Notes: generated by a model not told the origin, from the letters alone. A stretch of 64,000 bases of DNA from an uncultured Clostridia bacterium (GCA_946534895.1 CAMNDE010000006.1:13504-77503), one strand, 5' to 3'. Positions 27,899 through 36,459 are shown, numbered from the stretch's first letter. Numbers and translations are program-made.

Positions 27899-29068
27899 TT
27901 AGAAATAACTGACTTTGATGCGCTTGCCCATCTTCTTGAGGGCTTCCGACAACTCGTGCACCAGATTCATTTTGATGTTGAAGTTGATGGGCAGGTCAGG
28001 ATTCTGATGGGCCGGATTGATGGCTTTGCCCACATAGAAGTTGATGTCGGTGGCCTCCTCAAACAGCAGGCGGCTGATCATGGATGCGCCGTCCCTGCCG
28101 TTGCTCCAGGCTTCGTAGCGTTTGTTTTCGCCGATGTAATCCTTGGCGTATTCCACTACCCGGTTCACCGTGATCACGCCTTCGGTGACCAGGTCCACGC
28201 CCTCAAGATAGGCAATGGGCGGAATGTCATCGGTAAAATCCAGGGATGCGCGCAGCGGCTTGTCCAGCCATTTGGCGGCAATGGAGGAGGTGGTGCCTCC
28301 GCAGATGATGTGCTTGCCTTCCTTGGCGAAGAACAGGCTCATCATGCGGTTGCCGTCGTCCCGGTTGCTGGGCGGGCCGAAGAGCATGTTCATGGGCACG
28401 CGCTTGCGGATGCGCACCACACAGGAGGTGGCGTCGTCCCCGGGCTTCCCGCCGTAGAGCTTGTTGCACTCGTCCACCAGCAGGGTAGAGAGATTCTTGG
28501 CCGTGTAGCCGCACAGATTCATGGCTTCCATGAAGGTGATTATATCTTCCCGCTTCCAGCCGAAATTGTAGGCGATGCCGATGCCGGCGTGTGGACAGCC
28601 ATCGCTCATGGCGATGAAGACGTCATCCTCCTGCAGGCGAATCAGCGAACGAAAAATCAGCTTGCCGCCAATGGTGGTTTCTGTGCGGGGATATTCCCAA
28701 TTTTCACCGTTTCGCAGCACGATCACCTGGGGATTGTCATACTGGATCAGTTCCGCCGTCTGGTTGCGGATCAGGCGGATGATGGTGAAGGTGGAATAGG
28801 CCACGCCCCGCATGGAATCCACCGGCAGGGTGGCGGCGATGGTTTCCACGCACTCCTCGATGGACAGCCCTGCGGCCAGCATGGTGGAAATGATCTTGCT
28901 GGTGAGGGTGGACAGGATGCTGGCTTTTACGCCGCTGCCCAGGCCGTCGGCCAGCACGATCACCGTGGAGCCATCCTCCTGCTCCACCACCTCCACATGG
29001 TCGCCGCAAAGCTGCTCGCCCACGTGGTTGACGCTTTTATAGCCGATATCACAAGTCAAATCATTCAT
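27899..29068 (-). CDS. SpoIIE/PP2C-family serine phosphatase with an uncharacterised C-terminal domain
   Basis: 389 aa. CGDHVEVV...VLADGLGSGVKASI, IAMSDGCPHAG and GDDATSCVVRI (PP2C metal-binding Asp motifs). About 170 extra C-terminal residues. 8-nt overlap with the upstream gene. Confidence 0.85.
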   Translation of the reverse strand: MNDLTCDIGYKSVNHVGEQLCGDHVEVVEQEDGSTVIVLADGLGSGVKASILSTLTSKIISTMLAAGLSIEECVETIAATLPVDSMRGVAYSTFTIIRLIRNQTAELIQYDNPQVIVLRNGENWEYPRTETTIGGKLIFRSLIRLQEDDVFIAMSDGCPHAGIGIAYNFGWKREDIITFMEAMNLCGYTAKNLSTLLVDECNKLYGGKPGDDATSCVVRIRKRVPMNMLFGPPSNRDDGNRMMSLFFAKEGKHIICGGTTSSIAAKWLDKPLRASLDFTDDIPPIAYLEGVDLVTEGVITVNRVVEYAKDYIGENKRYEAWSNGRDGASMISRLLFEEATDINFYVGKAINPAHQNPDLPINFNIKMNLVHELSEALKKMGKRIKVSYF

Positions 29069-30737
29069 TGGTAATGGACTCCTTCAGCTTGGACAAGGCG
29101 ATCTTGGTTTCCGCGGCGGTTTCGCCAAGCAGGCTGGCGATCTCCTGCACGATGCGCATCTGCTTGTCCACCACCTTGTCGGCCACTTCCACGGTCTGGC
29201 GGCTGATCTCCTCCCGCTGGCGGCGGGCTTCCTCCTCGTCGCTCACGTCGCGCATGATGCACAGCAGCATGCGGCCGTCCTCGGCGGGCACGATGGTCTG
29301 CTGGATGGTGCAGCCGTATTCGGCCAGGTAGGAACGCTGATGGAAAATGCCGCGGCCCGTGTTTTTCACCTTCAGGAAAGGCGCGGGGTCCAGGATGCGG
29401 ATCACCTGGTCGCCCAGCACGGCGTTTTCGGAGTGCAGCTTCAGGATCTTGAGGGCGGCAGGATTGATCTGCTGAACTTCCAGTTGATCGTTGAGCATGA
29501 TGATGCCGTTGGGGCTGTTGCGGGCAATGGTATCGTTGACGTTTTCGGCCTTCTCCATCAGATAGGGCAGGCACATGGAGATTTCCGCCTTGCCCTGGTA
29601 GATGGCAATGGCTTTTTCCCGGCAGGTATCATAGCCGCAGGAGCCGCAGTTGAGTTCCTGGCTGGGCTTGAACTTGCCCATCTTGCGCAGGATATCCCGG
29701 ATCTCGGTTTCGCTGGGCATGACAGCCCGCTGATCGATGGGCTCAAAGCGCTTCCGCAGCTGGCGGATCTCCGGCTGGTCGATCTCAAAATCCCTGGTGC
29801 CGGCGTACTGAGCCACTGCCAGATAGTCCTTGAGCGGGCTGTGCCCGTATTTTTCCATGACCGGGCCGCCGGCGCAGCTGCCCACGCAGGCACTCATTTC
29901 GATGAAGCAGTGATGGATTTTTCCTGCCTCAATCTCCCTGAGTGCCGCGATGCAGTTCTCCACGCCGTCCAGCGCCAGATAGCTGAAACCAGGCGCGTCC
30001 ATGGCCATGGTTTTCAGGATGCCGCCGGTGGTGGGAAAGAAGCGGGCAAGGCTGTGTTCGTCCGGCTGCTGCCGGCGCTGGATTTCGATGCCTTCCTTTT
30101 TCAGCCAGTTGGTCAGTTCCTCATAGGTCAGCACGGCGTCCACAATGCCTTCGTAGTATTCCGCCTCATCCTTCTTGGCCACGCAGGGGCCGATGAATAC
30201 GGTTTTCGCGTTGGGAATCCGCCGCTTGATGTCCTCGCAGTGGGCCTGCATGGGCGACAGTACATCTGCCAGACAGGGCAGCACCCGCGGGAAATACTTC
30301 TGGATCAGCAGGTTGATGGAATGGCAGCAGGAGGAGATGACTACGTCCCGGTTTTCTTCCTTCAGGATACGGTCATATTCCCGCTTGACCAGCGTGGCGC
30401 CGAGAGCGGTTTCCTCCACGTCGTAGAAGCCCAGCTTTTTCAGCGCTTCCCGCATGGCTTCAATGCCCACTCCGTCATAGTTGGCCACAAAGGAGGGCGC
30501 CAGGGACACCACCACCGGATCACCGCTCTGGATGAGTACTCTGGCCTTTTCGGTTTCGTCCACGATTTCCTTGGCGTTCTGCGGGCAGACCACAAAGCAG
30601 TGTCCGCAGAGGATGCATTCATTGCCGATAATGTGTGCCTGGTTGCCGGAGAAGCGTATGGACTTCACCGGGCAGTGGCGAATGCACTTGTAGCAGTTTT
30701 TGCAGTTGGATTTTTTCAGCGTCAGACAGTTCGGCAT
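29061..30737 (-). CDS. hydS: sensory-type [FeFe] hydrogenase (group C, HydS/HfsB-like) with PAS domain
   Basis: 558 aa. Two N-terminal 4Fe-4S motifs. Altered H-cluster motifs SSCCHS, IGPCVAKKDE and EMSACVGSCAGG. An extra C364-x2-C-x4-C-x16-C389. A PAS-like segment from about 400-500, then a coiled-coil tail. Confidence 0.85.
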   Translation of the reverse strand: MPNCLTLKKSNCKNCYKCIRHCPVKSIRFSGNQAHIIGNECILCGHCFVVCPQNAKEIVDETEKARVLIQSGDPVVVSLAPSFVANYDGVGIEAMREALKKLGFYDVEETALGATLVKREYDRILKEENRDVVISSCCHSINLLIQKYFPRVLPCLADVLSPMQAHCEDIKRRIPNAKTVFIGPCVAKKDEAEYYEGIVDAVLTYEELTNWLKKEGIEIQRRQQPDEHSLARFFPTTGGILKTMAMDAPGFSYLALDGVENCIAALREIEAGKIHHCFIEMSACVGSCAGGPVMEKYGHSPLKDYLAVAQYAGTRDFEIDQPEIRQLRKRFEPIDQRAVMPSETEIRDILRKMGKFKPSQELNCGSCGYDTCREKAIAIYQGKAEISMCLPYLMEKAENVNDTIARNSPNGIIMLNDQLEVQQINPAALKILKLHSENAVLGDQVIRILDPAPFLKVKNTGRGIFHQRSYLAEYGCTIQQTIVPAEDGRMLLCIMRDVSDEEEARRQREEISRQTVEVADKVVDKQMRIVQEIASLLGETAAETKIALSKLKESITNE

Positions 30738-30739
30738 GC

Positions 30740-30979
30740 TTACACCCTTGCTTTAATCTCTTTTTCGAAGAAGGAAGAAACCGTTTCCGGGGACACGGAG
30801 AAGAATTCCCCGTCCACCGTGACGCACACGCCCTGCTGGCATTTGCCCATGCAGAAGGTGCCGCCCAGTTCGATCTTGTCGCTCAGGTTTTCTTTGGCGA
30901 TCAGGTCCTGCAATTGCTCCACCACGGGCCGGGAACCCTTGATATGGCAGGAAGAACCGATACAAACTGTAACTTTCAT
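30740..30979 (-). CDS. thioredoxin-like [2Fe-2S] ferredoxin (NuoE/HfsA-like)
   Basis: MKVTVCIGSSCHIKG...FCMGKCQQG (4 Cys). ATG at 30979 is preceded by AAAGGAGA (6-nt spacer); the track TTG at 30985 was rejected. Confidence 0.75.
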   Translation of the reverse strand: MKVTVCIGSSCHIKGSRPVVEQLQDLIAKENLSDKIELGGTFCMGKCQQGVCVTVDGEFFSVSPETVSSFFEKEIKARV

Positions 30980-31011
30980 TGTCAAATCTCCTTTTTATTG
31001 ATTTTCAAAGA

Positions 31012-31043
31012 GAAGGGGAGCCGCTTCTCTCTTGCTCCCCTTC
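31012..31043 (-). promoter_or_regulatory. stem-loop between the kinase and the [2Fe-2S] gene (weak terminator/attenuator candidate)
   Basis: 10-bp stem GAAGGGGAGC(31012-31021)/GCTCCCCTTC(31034-31043). The minus strand continues TCTTTGAAAAT. Confidence 0.35.
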
Positions 31044-31077
31044 CCATTCAAAGCCAAGCATGCGGAAGAAAACAGAC

Positions 31078-31827
31078 TTAATGATATTCCACCACGCTGG
31101 CCCAGGAGAGCAGGAATTCCCGTTCCTTTTCATTGCCCTTCACCGATTGGCTGGCTGCCACGATGGGCATCCATTTCTGCACATACTGCATGTCTGTGCC
31201 GCTCTTTTCGCAGAACAGGTTCAGGTATTCCTTGGCCCCTTCGATATCGCCGTTCAGCCAGAACAAAAGATAGGTACGCGCCGCGTCGGCGGAGGCGTTG
31301 CCCTGGGTCACATGGCTCCAGTCGATCACGTAGGGCGTGCCGTCCTGGCTGATAATCACGTTGGAGGGCCAGAAATCGCCGTGGCACACCTTGTTGTGGG
31401 TGGGCATGCCCTCCAGCCGAGCATGCAGGTCATAGCGGGTGGTTGCGTCCAGATCGGCCTGGCTGATCTTGCGGCTCATCTTGTCCTTAAGCCGATTCAG
31501 CATGGGGCAGGTTTTGCTCTGCACTTCCATCTGGATGTCCACGAACTGATTTAAATACTTCGACTTATTGTCCGGATCTTCCTTCATGAGCTGGGATAAA
31601 GTTTTCCCCTGGATGAATTCGGAGAGAATGGCCCATTTGCCCTCGATCATGGTCACGCCCAGGATCTTGGGAATATGCAGCCCGGTTTCCTCGATGCGGG
31701 CCTGGTTCAGCGCTTCATTGAGGATATCGGCCTTGGAATAGTTTTCGTTGAACACTTTGACGCACTGGTCGCCATCCCGGTAAATGGTCTTGGCGTTACG
31801 TACGGCAATCACACGATCCAGATTCAT
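31078..31827 (-). CDS. APH/choline-kinase-fold phosphotransferase (putative protein kinase)
   Basis: 249 aa. Catalytic loop VCHGDFWPSNVII and metal-binding VIDWSH. RBS GAAGGAGGAG. Starts 16 nt after the adhE stop. Confidence 0.8.
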   Translation of the reverse strand: MNLDRVIAVRNAKTIYRDGDQCVKVFNENYSKADILNEALNQARIEETGLHIPKILGVTMIEGKWAILSEFIQGKTLSQLMKEDPDNKSKYLNQFVDIQMEVQSKTCPMLNRLKDKMSRKISQADLDATTRYDLHARLEGMPTHNKVCHGDFWPSNVIISQDGTPYVIDWSHVTQGNASADAARTYLLFWLNGDIEGAKEYLNLFCEKSGTDMQYVQKWMPIVAASQSVKGNEKEREFLLSWASVVEYH

Positions 31828-31843
31828 GGTTTTCTCCTCCTTC

Positions 31844-34546
31844 TCACTTTTTCCGGCCGGTCCGATAGGCCTTCTTCACAGCGTCGTCCTGCACAGCGCC
31901 CAGGTCGTCCGCCGTGGGCTTCGGTGCTTCAGCAAAATGCTTTTCGCCGTAATAGGCATTCAGATACATCTGCCGGATTTCACTCATGAGCGGGTAGCGC
32001 GGATTGGCACCGGTGCACTGGTCATCGAAGGCCTGCTCCACCATGTCGTCCAGCCGGTTCAGGAAGTCCTTCTCATCCGGCACATAGTCCCGGATGGTGG
32101 GCTTGATGTCCACATAGGTCTTCAGGTCGTTGATCATCTTGATCAGGCCTTCCAGCTTGTCGCGGTCGCTAGTGCCCTTCACGCCCAGTGCTTCGGCCAC
32201 TTCGGCGTAGCGGCGCAGGGTATGGGGATGATCGTACTGCGGGAAGGTACCCATCTTGGCAGGGGCTTCGGCGGCATTGAAGCGCAGCACCTCTTCGATC
32301 ATCAGTGCGTTGGCCACGCCGTGGGGGATATGGTGGAAGGCGCCCAGCTTATGGGCCATGGAGTGGCACACGCCCAGGAAGGCGTTGGCAAAGGCCATGC
32401 CGGCCATGGTGGCGGCGTTGGCCATCTTTTCCCGGGCCTCCACGTCCGTCAGACCGTTGTCATAGGCTCTGGGCAGGTATTCAAAGATGGTCTGCAGCGC
32501 CTTGATGGCGAGGCCGTCAGTGTAATCCGTGGCCATCATGGAGGCGTAGGCTTCCAGTGCGTGGGTCACCGCGTCAATGCCGCTGGCAGCGGTCAGACCT
32601 TTGGGCGCGGTCATATGGAAGTCCGTGTCAACAATGGCCATATTGGGCAGCAGCGCATAATCCGCCAGGGGATATTTCACGCCGCTCTGTTCGTCGGTGA
32701 TCACGGCGAAGGGGGTTACCTCACTGCCGGTGCCGGCAGAGGTGGGGATGGCGATGAAATAGGCCTTTTCGCCCATTCTGGGGAAGGTGTATACACGCTT
32801 GCGGATGTCCATGAAGCGCATGGCCATATCCTGGAAATCGACCTCGGGATGCTCGTAGAGCACCCACATGATCTTGCCGGCATCCATGGCGCTGCCGCCG
32901 CCAAGGGCGATGATCACATCGGGCTGAAACAGGCGCATCTGCTCCGCGCCGGCCTTGGCACAGGCCAGGGTGGGATCGGGAGCCACATCAAAGAAGGTGG
33001 CGTGCTGAATGCCCAGTTCATCCAGCTTTTCGGTGATGGGCCGGGTATTGCCGTTGTGATAGAGGAAGCTGTCCGTGACGATAAACGCCTTCTTTTTGCC
33101 CATCACGTGCTTGAGCTCATCCAGCGCCACCGGCAGGCAGCCTTTCTTGATATACACCTTTTCCGGCGCACGGAACCACAGCATGTTCTCTCTCCTTTCG
33201 GCTACGGTTTTGATGTTCAGCAGGTGCTTGACGCCCACATTTTCGGATACGGAATTACCACCCCAGCTTCCGCAGCCCAGCGTGAGGGAAGGAGCCATTT
33301 TGAAGTTGTACAGATCCCCGATGCCGCCCTGGGAAGAAGGCGTGTTCACCACAATGCGGCAGGTCTTCATCCGGGCCGCGAAGGCATCCAGCACCTCAGG
33401 CTTCTTCTGGGTGTCGGCATACAGGGAAGCGGTGTGGCCGTAGCCACCGTCGGCGATCAGACGTTCTGCCTTGCTGAAGGCATCCTCCAGATCACGGGCG
33501 CGGTACATGGCCAGCACGGGACTGAGCTTTTCATGGGCAAATTCCTCGGAAAGCTCCACGGAATCCACTTCACCGATCAGCACCTTGGTGCCTTCCGGCA
33601 CGGTAACGCCTGCCAGGGAAGCGATCCTGCAGGCGCTCTGGCCCACGATTTTGGCATTCAGTGCGCCATTGATCAGGATGGTATGACGCACCCTGTCCAG
33701 CTCAGTGTCTTTGAGGAACCAGCAGCCGCGGCTGGCAAATTCGGTTTTGACCGTCTCATATATGCTGTCCAGCACGATCACGCTCTGCTCGGAGGCGCAG
33801 ATCATGCCGTTGTCAAAGGTTTTGGAATGGATGATGGAATTGACCGCCAGCACCAGGTTGGCGCTGTCGTCGATGACGGCGGGCACGTTGCCCGCGCCCA
33901 CGCCCAGGGCGGGCTTGCCGCTGGAATAGGCAGCCTTCACCATGCCGGGGCCGCCGGTGGCCAGGATAATATCCGCTTCCCGCATCAGGGTGTTGGTCAT
34001 GTCCAGGGAAGGCACGTCGATCCAGCTGATGATGCCCTCCGGCGCGCCGGCCTTCACCGCCGCGTCCAGCACCACCTTCGCCGCGGCAATGGTGGATTTC
34101 TTTGCCCGGGGATGGGGGCTGAAAATGATGCCGTTGCGGGTTTTCAGGCAGATCAGCGCCTTGAAAATGGCGGTGGAGGTGGGATTGGTGGTGGGAATGA
34201 CCGCCGCTACCACGCCGATGGGCTCGGCAATCTTCTTCATGCCGTAAGCCTTGTCTTCCTCGATGACGCCGCAGGTCTTGGTATCCCGATAGGCGTTGTA
34301 AATGTATTCGCTGGCGTAGTGGTTCTTGATCACCTTGTCCTCCACCACGCCCATGCCGGTTTCCTCCACGGCCAGCTTGGCCAGGGGGATGCGGGCCTGG
34401 TTGGCAGCCGTAGCTGCGGCCAGGAAGATTTTATCCACCTGCTCCTGGGTATAGCCGGCGTAAATCTGCTGGGCGGCGCGCACCCGCGCGATGGCCGCTT
34501 CCAGCGTTTCCACGCTGTCCACCATGTCAAATGCTTTGGTATCCAT
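31844..34546 (-). CDS. adhE: bifunctional acetaldehyde-CoA/alcohol dehydrogenase
   Basis: 900 aa. ALDH half (ICASEQS catalytic Cys) plus an iron-ADH half (GGGSAMDAGK, HSMAHKLG). ATG at 34546 is preceded by GAGGAGGAA; the 11 upstream track codons were trimmed. Confidence 0.95.
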   Translation of the reverse strand: MDTKAFDMVDSVETLEAAIARVRAAQQIYAGYTQEQVDKIFLAAATAANQARIPLAKLAVEETGMGVVEDKVIKNHYASEYIYNAYRDTKTCGVIEEDKAYGMKKIAEPIGVVAAVIPTTNPTSTAIFKALICLKTRNGIIFSPHPRAKKSTIAAAKVVLDAAVKAGAPEGIISWIDVPSLDMTNTLMREADIILATGGPGMVKAAYSSGKPALGVGAGNVPAVIDDSANLVLAVNSIIHSKTFDNGMICASEQSVIVLDSIYETVKTEFASRGCWFLKDTELDRVRHTILINGALNAKIVGQSACRIASLAGVTVPEGTKVLIGEVDSVELSEEFAHEKLSPVLAMYRARDLEDAFSKAERLIADGGYGHTASLYADTQKKPEVLDAFAARMKTCRIVVNTPSSQGGIGDLYNFKMAPSLTLGCGSWGGNSVSENVGVKHLLNIKTVAERRENMLWFRAPEKVYIKKGCLPVALDELKHVMGKKKAFIVTDSFLYHNGNTRPITEKLDELGIQHATFFDVAPDPTLACAKAGAEQMRLFQPDVIIALGGGSAMDAGKIMWVLYEHPEVDFQDMAMRFMDIRKRVYTFPRMGEKAYFIAIPTSAGTGSEVTPFAVITDEQSGVKYPLADYALLPNMAIVDTDFHMTAPKGLTAASGIDAVTHALEAYASMMATDYTDGLAIKALQTIFEYLPRAYDNGLTDVEAREKMANAATMAGMAFANAFLGVCHSMAHKLGAFHHIPHGVANALMIEEVLRFNAAEAPAKMGTFPQYDHPHTLRRYAEVAEALGVKGTSDRDKLEGLIKMINDLKTYVDIKPTIRDYVPDEKDFLNRLDDMVEQAFDDQCTGANPRYPLMSEIRQMYLNAYYGEKHFAEAPKPTADDLGAVQDDAVKKAYRTGRKK

Positions 34547-35183
34547 ACTGTTCCTCCTCTTCCGGTTTTCCTGTCTCACTGGCTGTCATTCGGAGATAAG
34601 CCAGGGATAAAGCGATGTTTTCCTGATGCACGGTCACATGGGACGGCACTTTGATGGGGACCGGCGCAAAACTGAGGATTGCATTCAGTCCGGCGGCTAT
34701 CATCTCATTGGCGGCTGTCTGGGCTGCCGCGGACGGTACCGTCAGTATGCCCGCCTGAACGGGATGCGAAGCGCAGAAGTCATTAAGCCGGTTCATGGGG
34801 TACACCGGAGTGTGCCCGTGAAATAAAGGCAAAGCGGAAGCGTGCAGGTCAAAGGCAGCGATGATTTCCATGCCGTAATCCCTGAAGCCGTCGTATTCCA
34901 TCAGGGCTGAGCCCAGCCTGCCCGCGCCGACAATCACCGCGGAGACGGGCATGTCCACGCCCAGTGTTCTCTCCAGATCCCGGAGAAGAACCTGGACGGG
35001 ATAGCCAACCTTGGGAAGCCCGGCTGTGCATATGCGGGCAAGGTCCTTGCGCACCTGAACTTCGCCCAGCCCCAGTCCTCTGGCGATCTGCGTGGCGGAA
35101 ACCTTTTCCGCATCCATTCTGCGCAGATAGCGCAGATACATGGGCAGTCGTCCCAGTGTCGCTTTTGAAAGCGTACTCTGCAA
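34527..35183 (-). CDS. rex: redox-sensing transcriptional repressor Rex
   Basis: SKATLGRLPMYLRYL wHTH plus Rossmann motif VIVGAGRLGSAL. TTG at 35183 is preceded by AAGGGGG (8-nt spacer), giving the usual length of about 218 aa. The alternative start at 35243 is not excluded. Confidence 0.85.
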   Translation of the reverse strand: MQSTLSKATLGRLPMYLRYLRRMDAEKVSATQIARGLGLGEVQVRKDLARICTAGLPKVGYPVQVLLRDLERTLGVDMPVSAVIVGAGRLGSALMEYDGFRDYGMEIIAAFDLHASALPLFHGHTPVYPMNRLNDFCASHPVQAGILTVPSAAAQTAANEMIAAGLNAILSFAPVPIKVPSHVTVHQENIALSLAYLRMTASETGKPEEEEQYGYQSI

Positions 35184-35293
35184 AGGAGCAGCCCCCTTTC
35201 GATACACATCATATCGAATTGCCGGGGCTTTGCGAATTACCAAAACCGTATAGCCGATATATCACAGTTGATAAGTTGCGCTCCATTATGTGC

Positions 35294-35331
35294 AAAAAAA
35301 GAAGCTTTGCTGCCGGATGCGACAGCAAAGC
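35294..35331 (-). terminator. intrinsic terminator after LysR gene
   Basis: Stem GCTTTGCTG(35304-35312)/CAGCAAAGC(35323-35331). The minus strand continues TTCTTTTTTT. Confidence 0.65.
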
Positions 35332-35347
35332 GTTTGCCGGAATCGAT

Positions 35348-36277
35348 TTATTCTCTTTTGGGAATACAGGCGCGCCTGGACCGGGTCAGCTCCGTGATAA
35401 AGCACTTGTCCAGTTCTGTCAGCTGGTAGTCCTGCCGGTGAATCAGCATATCCCGGTACATCCGCTGATTATCCGCACATTTCCGCTGCACCAGATGCAG
35501 CTGACGCAGAAGCCGCTCCGGCAGGGGCGATACCCACATAAAGGTTTCAGGGTTTTCGGCAAGCAGATCCAGCTGACTTCCCCGTTCAAACACGAAGATG
35601 CGCCTTGGCGTCTGCGGCAGCTCCTCATCCCGGACCGCAGAAAGCGGCAGGGAAGGCACGTAAGGATCGGCGTGCGCAATCTGGATGTAGTGCTGCAGAT
35701 CGGAAAAATGGATCGTGTCCATGGCTGCAAGGCCGCAGTCTTCCCGCATGACAAGCACATACCTGAACTCCGCGACGATTTCACCGCTCAGGCCCTTCTC
35801 CGCCATCATCTGCTTGAAATACTTATCGTAGCCTGCCGCATAGCGGATGATGCCCAGGTTATATCCGACCTCCAGGATGTTTTTCACTGCGTGCAGCGCA
35901 TTGGTTTCCTGGTAAAAGATTTCCACGTTATCCTTTCCCAGCAACCGGGAAAAGGAAGCAAAGGCATCCGATATATAACTGGCCCTGGGCACGGAAATGG
36001 AAAAACGCCGTTTGCCGGGTTTCCGTTCCTTGTACTGGCTTTCCATCTCGTCCACCTGCTCCAGAATCTTCTGTGCCTGACGGACAAAGAGTTCACCGTC
36101 CGGGGTGAGCATCATGCCTTTGGATGAGCGGCGGAAGAACTGGATGCCAAGGTCCGATTCCATTTCCCTGACCACTCTGCTCAGATTGGGCTGGGCAACA
36201 TGCAGTTCTTCTGATGCCCGGTTAAGGGAACCGTTTTCTGCAATGGAAACCACATATTTCAGATGCAGGATATTCAT
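35348..36277 (-). CDS. LysR-family transcriptional regulator
   Basis: 309 aa. N-terminal HTH MNILHLKYVVSIAENGSLNRASEELHVAQPNLSRVV plus a LysR substrate-binding domain. Confidence 0.9.
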   Translation of the reverse strand: MNILHLKYVVSIAENGSLNRASEELHVAQPNLSRVVREMESDLGIQFFRRSSKGMMLTPDGELFVRQAQKILEQVDEMESQYKERKPGKRRFSISVPRASYISDAFASFSRLLGKDNVEIFYQETNALHAVKNILEVGYNLGIIRYAAGYDKYFKQMMAEKGLSGEIVAEFRYVLVMREDCGLAAMDTIHFSDLQHYIQIAHADPYVPSLPLSAVRDEELPQTPRRIFVFERGSQLDLLAENPETFMWVSPLPERLLRQLHLVQRKCADNQRMYRDMLIHRQDYQLTELDKCFITELTRSRRACIPKRE

Positions 36278-36425
36278 TCGTTTTTTTCCTCTCTGCAGAT
36301 CGCTCCGGTCCTCGCAAAGCTTTTGTATGCAAGTCCTGTCAGATTTCGATGTGCGGCGGGAAAATCCTGCCTTGGAAGGAAGTCTGTGTCCGGCCGGACA
36401 TATGTCTGCGGACAGTCCGGGCGTG

Positions 36426-36459
36426 AAAAAAGGAGATGATGCCGGTCATCTCCTTTTTT
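36426..36459 (-). terminator. intrinsic (bidirectional-looking) terminator after AraC gene
   Basis: AAAAA-AGGAGATGA-TGCCGG-TCATCTCCT-TTTTT. Perfect 9-bp stem. Confidence 0.7.

Noticed and set aside
31078-31827. The APH-fold phosphotransferase was considered as an aminoglycoside or macrolide resistance gene.
   Set aside because: This is not excluded, but the gene is wedged 16 nt after adhE, inside a signalling cluster with a PP2C phosphatase, which favours a regulatory kinase. Phylogeny or a resistance assay is needed.
31784-34654. A 956-aa stop-free ORF antisense to adhE. Similar giants lie antisense to GH36 (44258..46510, 750 aa), the SBP/permease genes (39286..41349, 687 aa), the PP2C/hydrogenase genes (27008..29074, 688 aa), HydS (29340..31001), lacZ (10307..11452, 11594..13105), GH13 (50590..52080) and others.
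   Set aside because: Their translations are low-complexity (Gly/His/Arg/Ala/Val-rich), lack RBS-linked starts and have no recognisable motifs. In every case the opposite strand carries a gene with clear family signatures. Stop-poor antisense frames are expected from GC-rich codon bias.
35259-35274. Imperfect palindrome ATATCACAGTTGATAA upstream of rex, considered as a Rex operator.
   Set aside because: It does not fit the TTGTGAA-N6-TTCACAA or TTGTTAA-N4-TTAACAA consensus as I remember it. The arms are only 5-6 bp. It could be part of the promoter.
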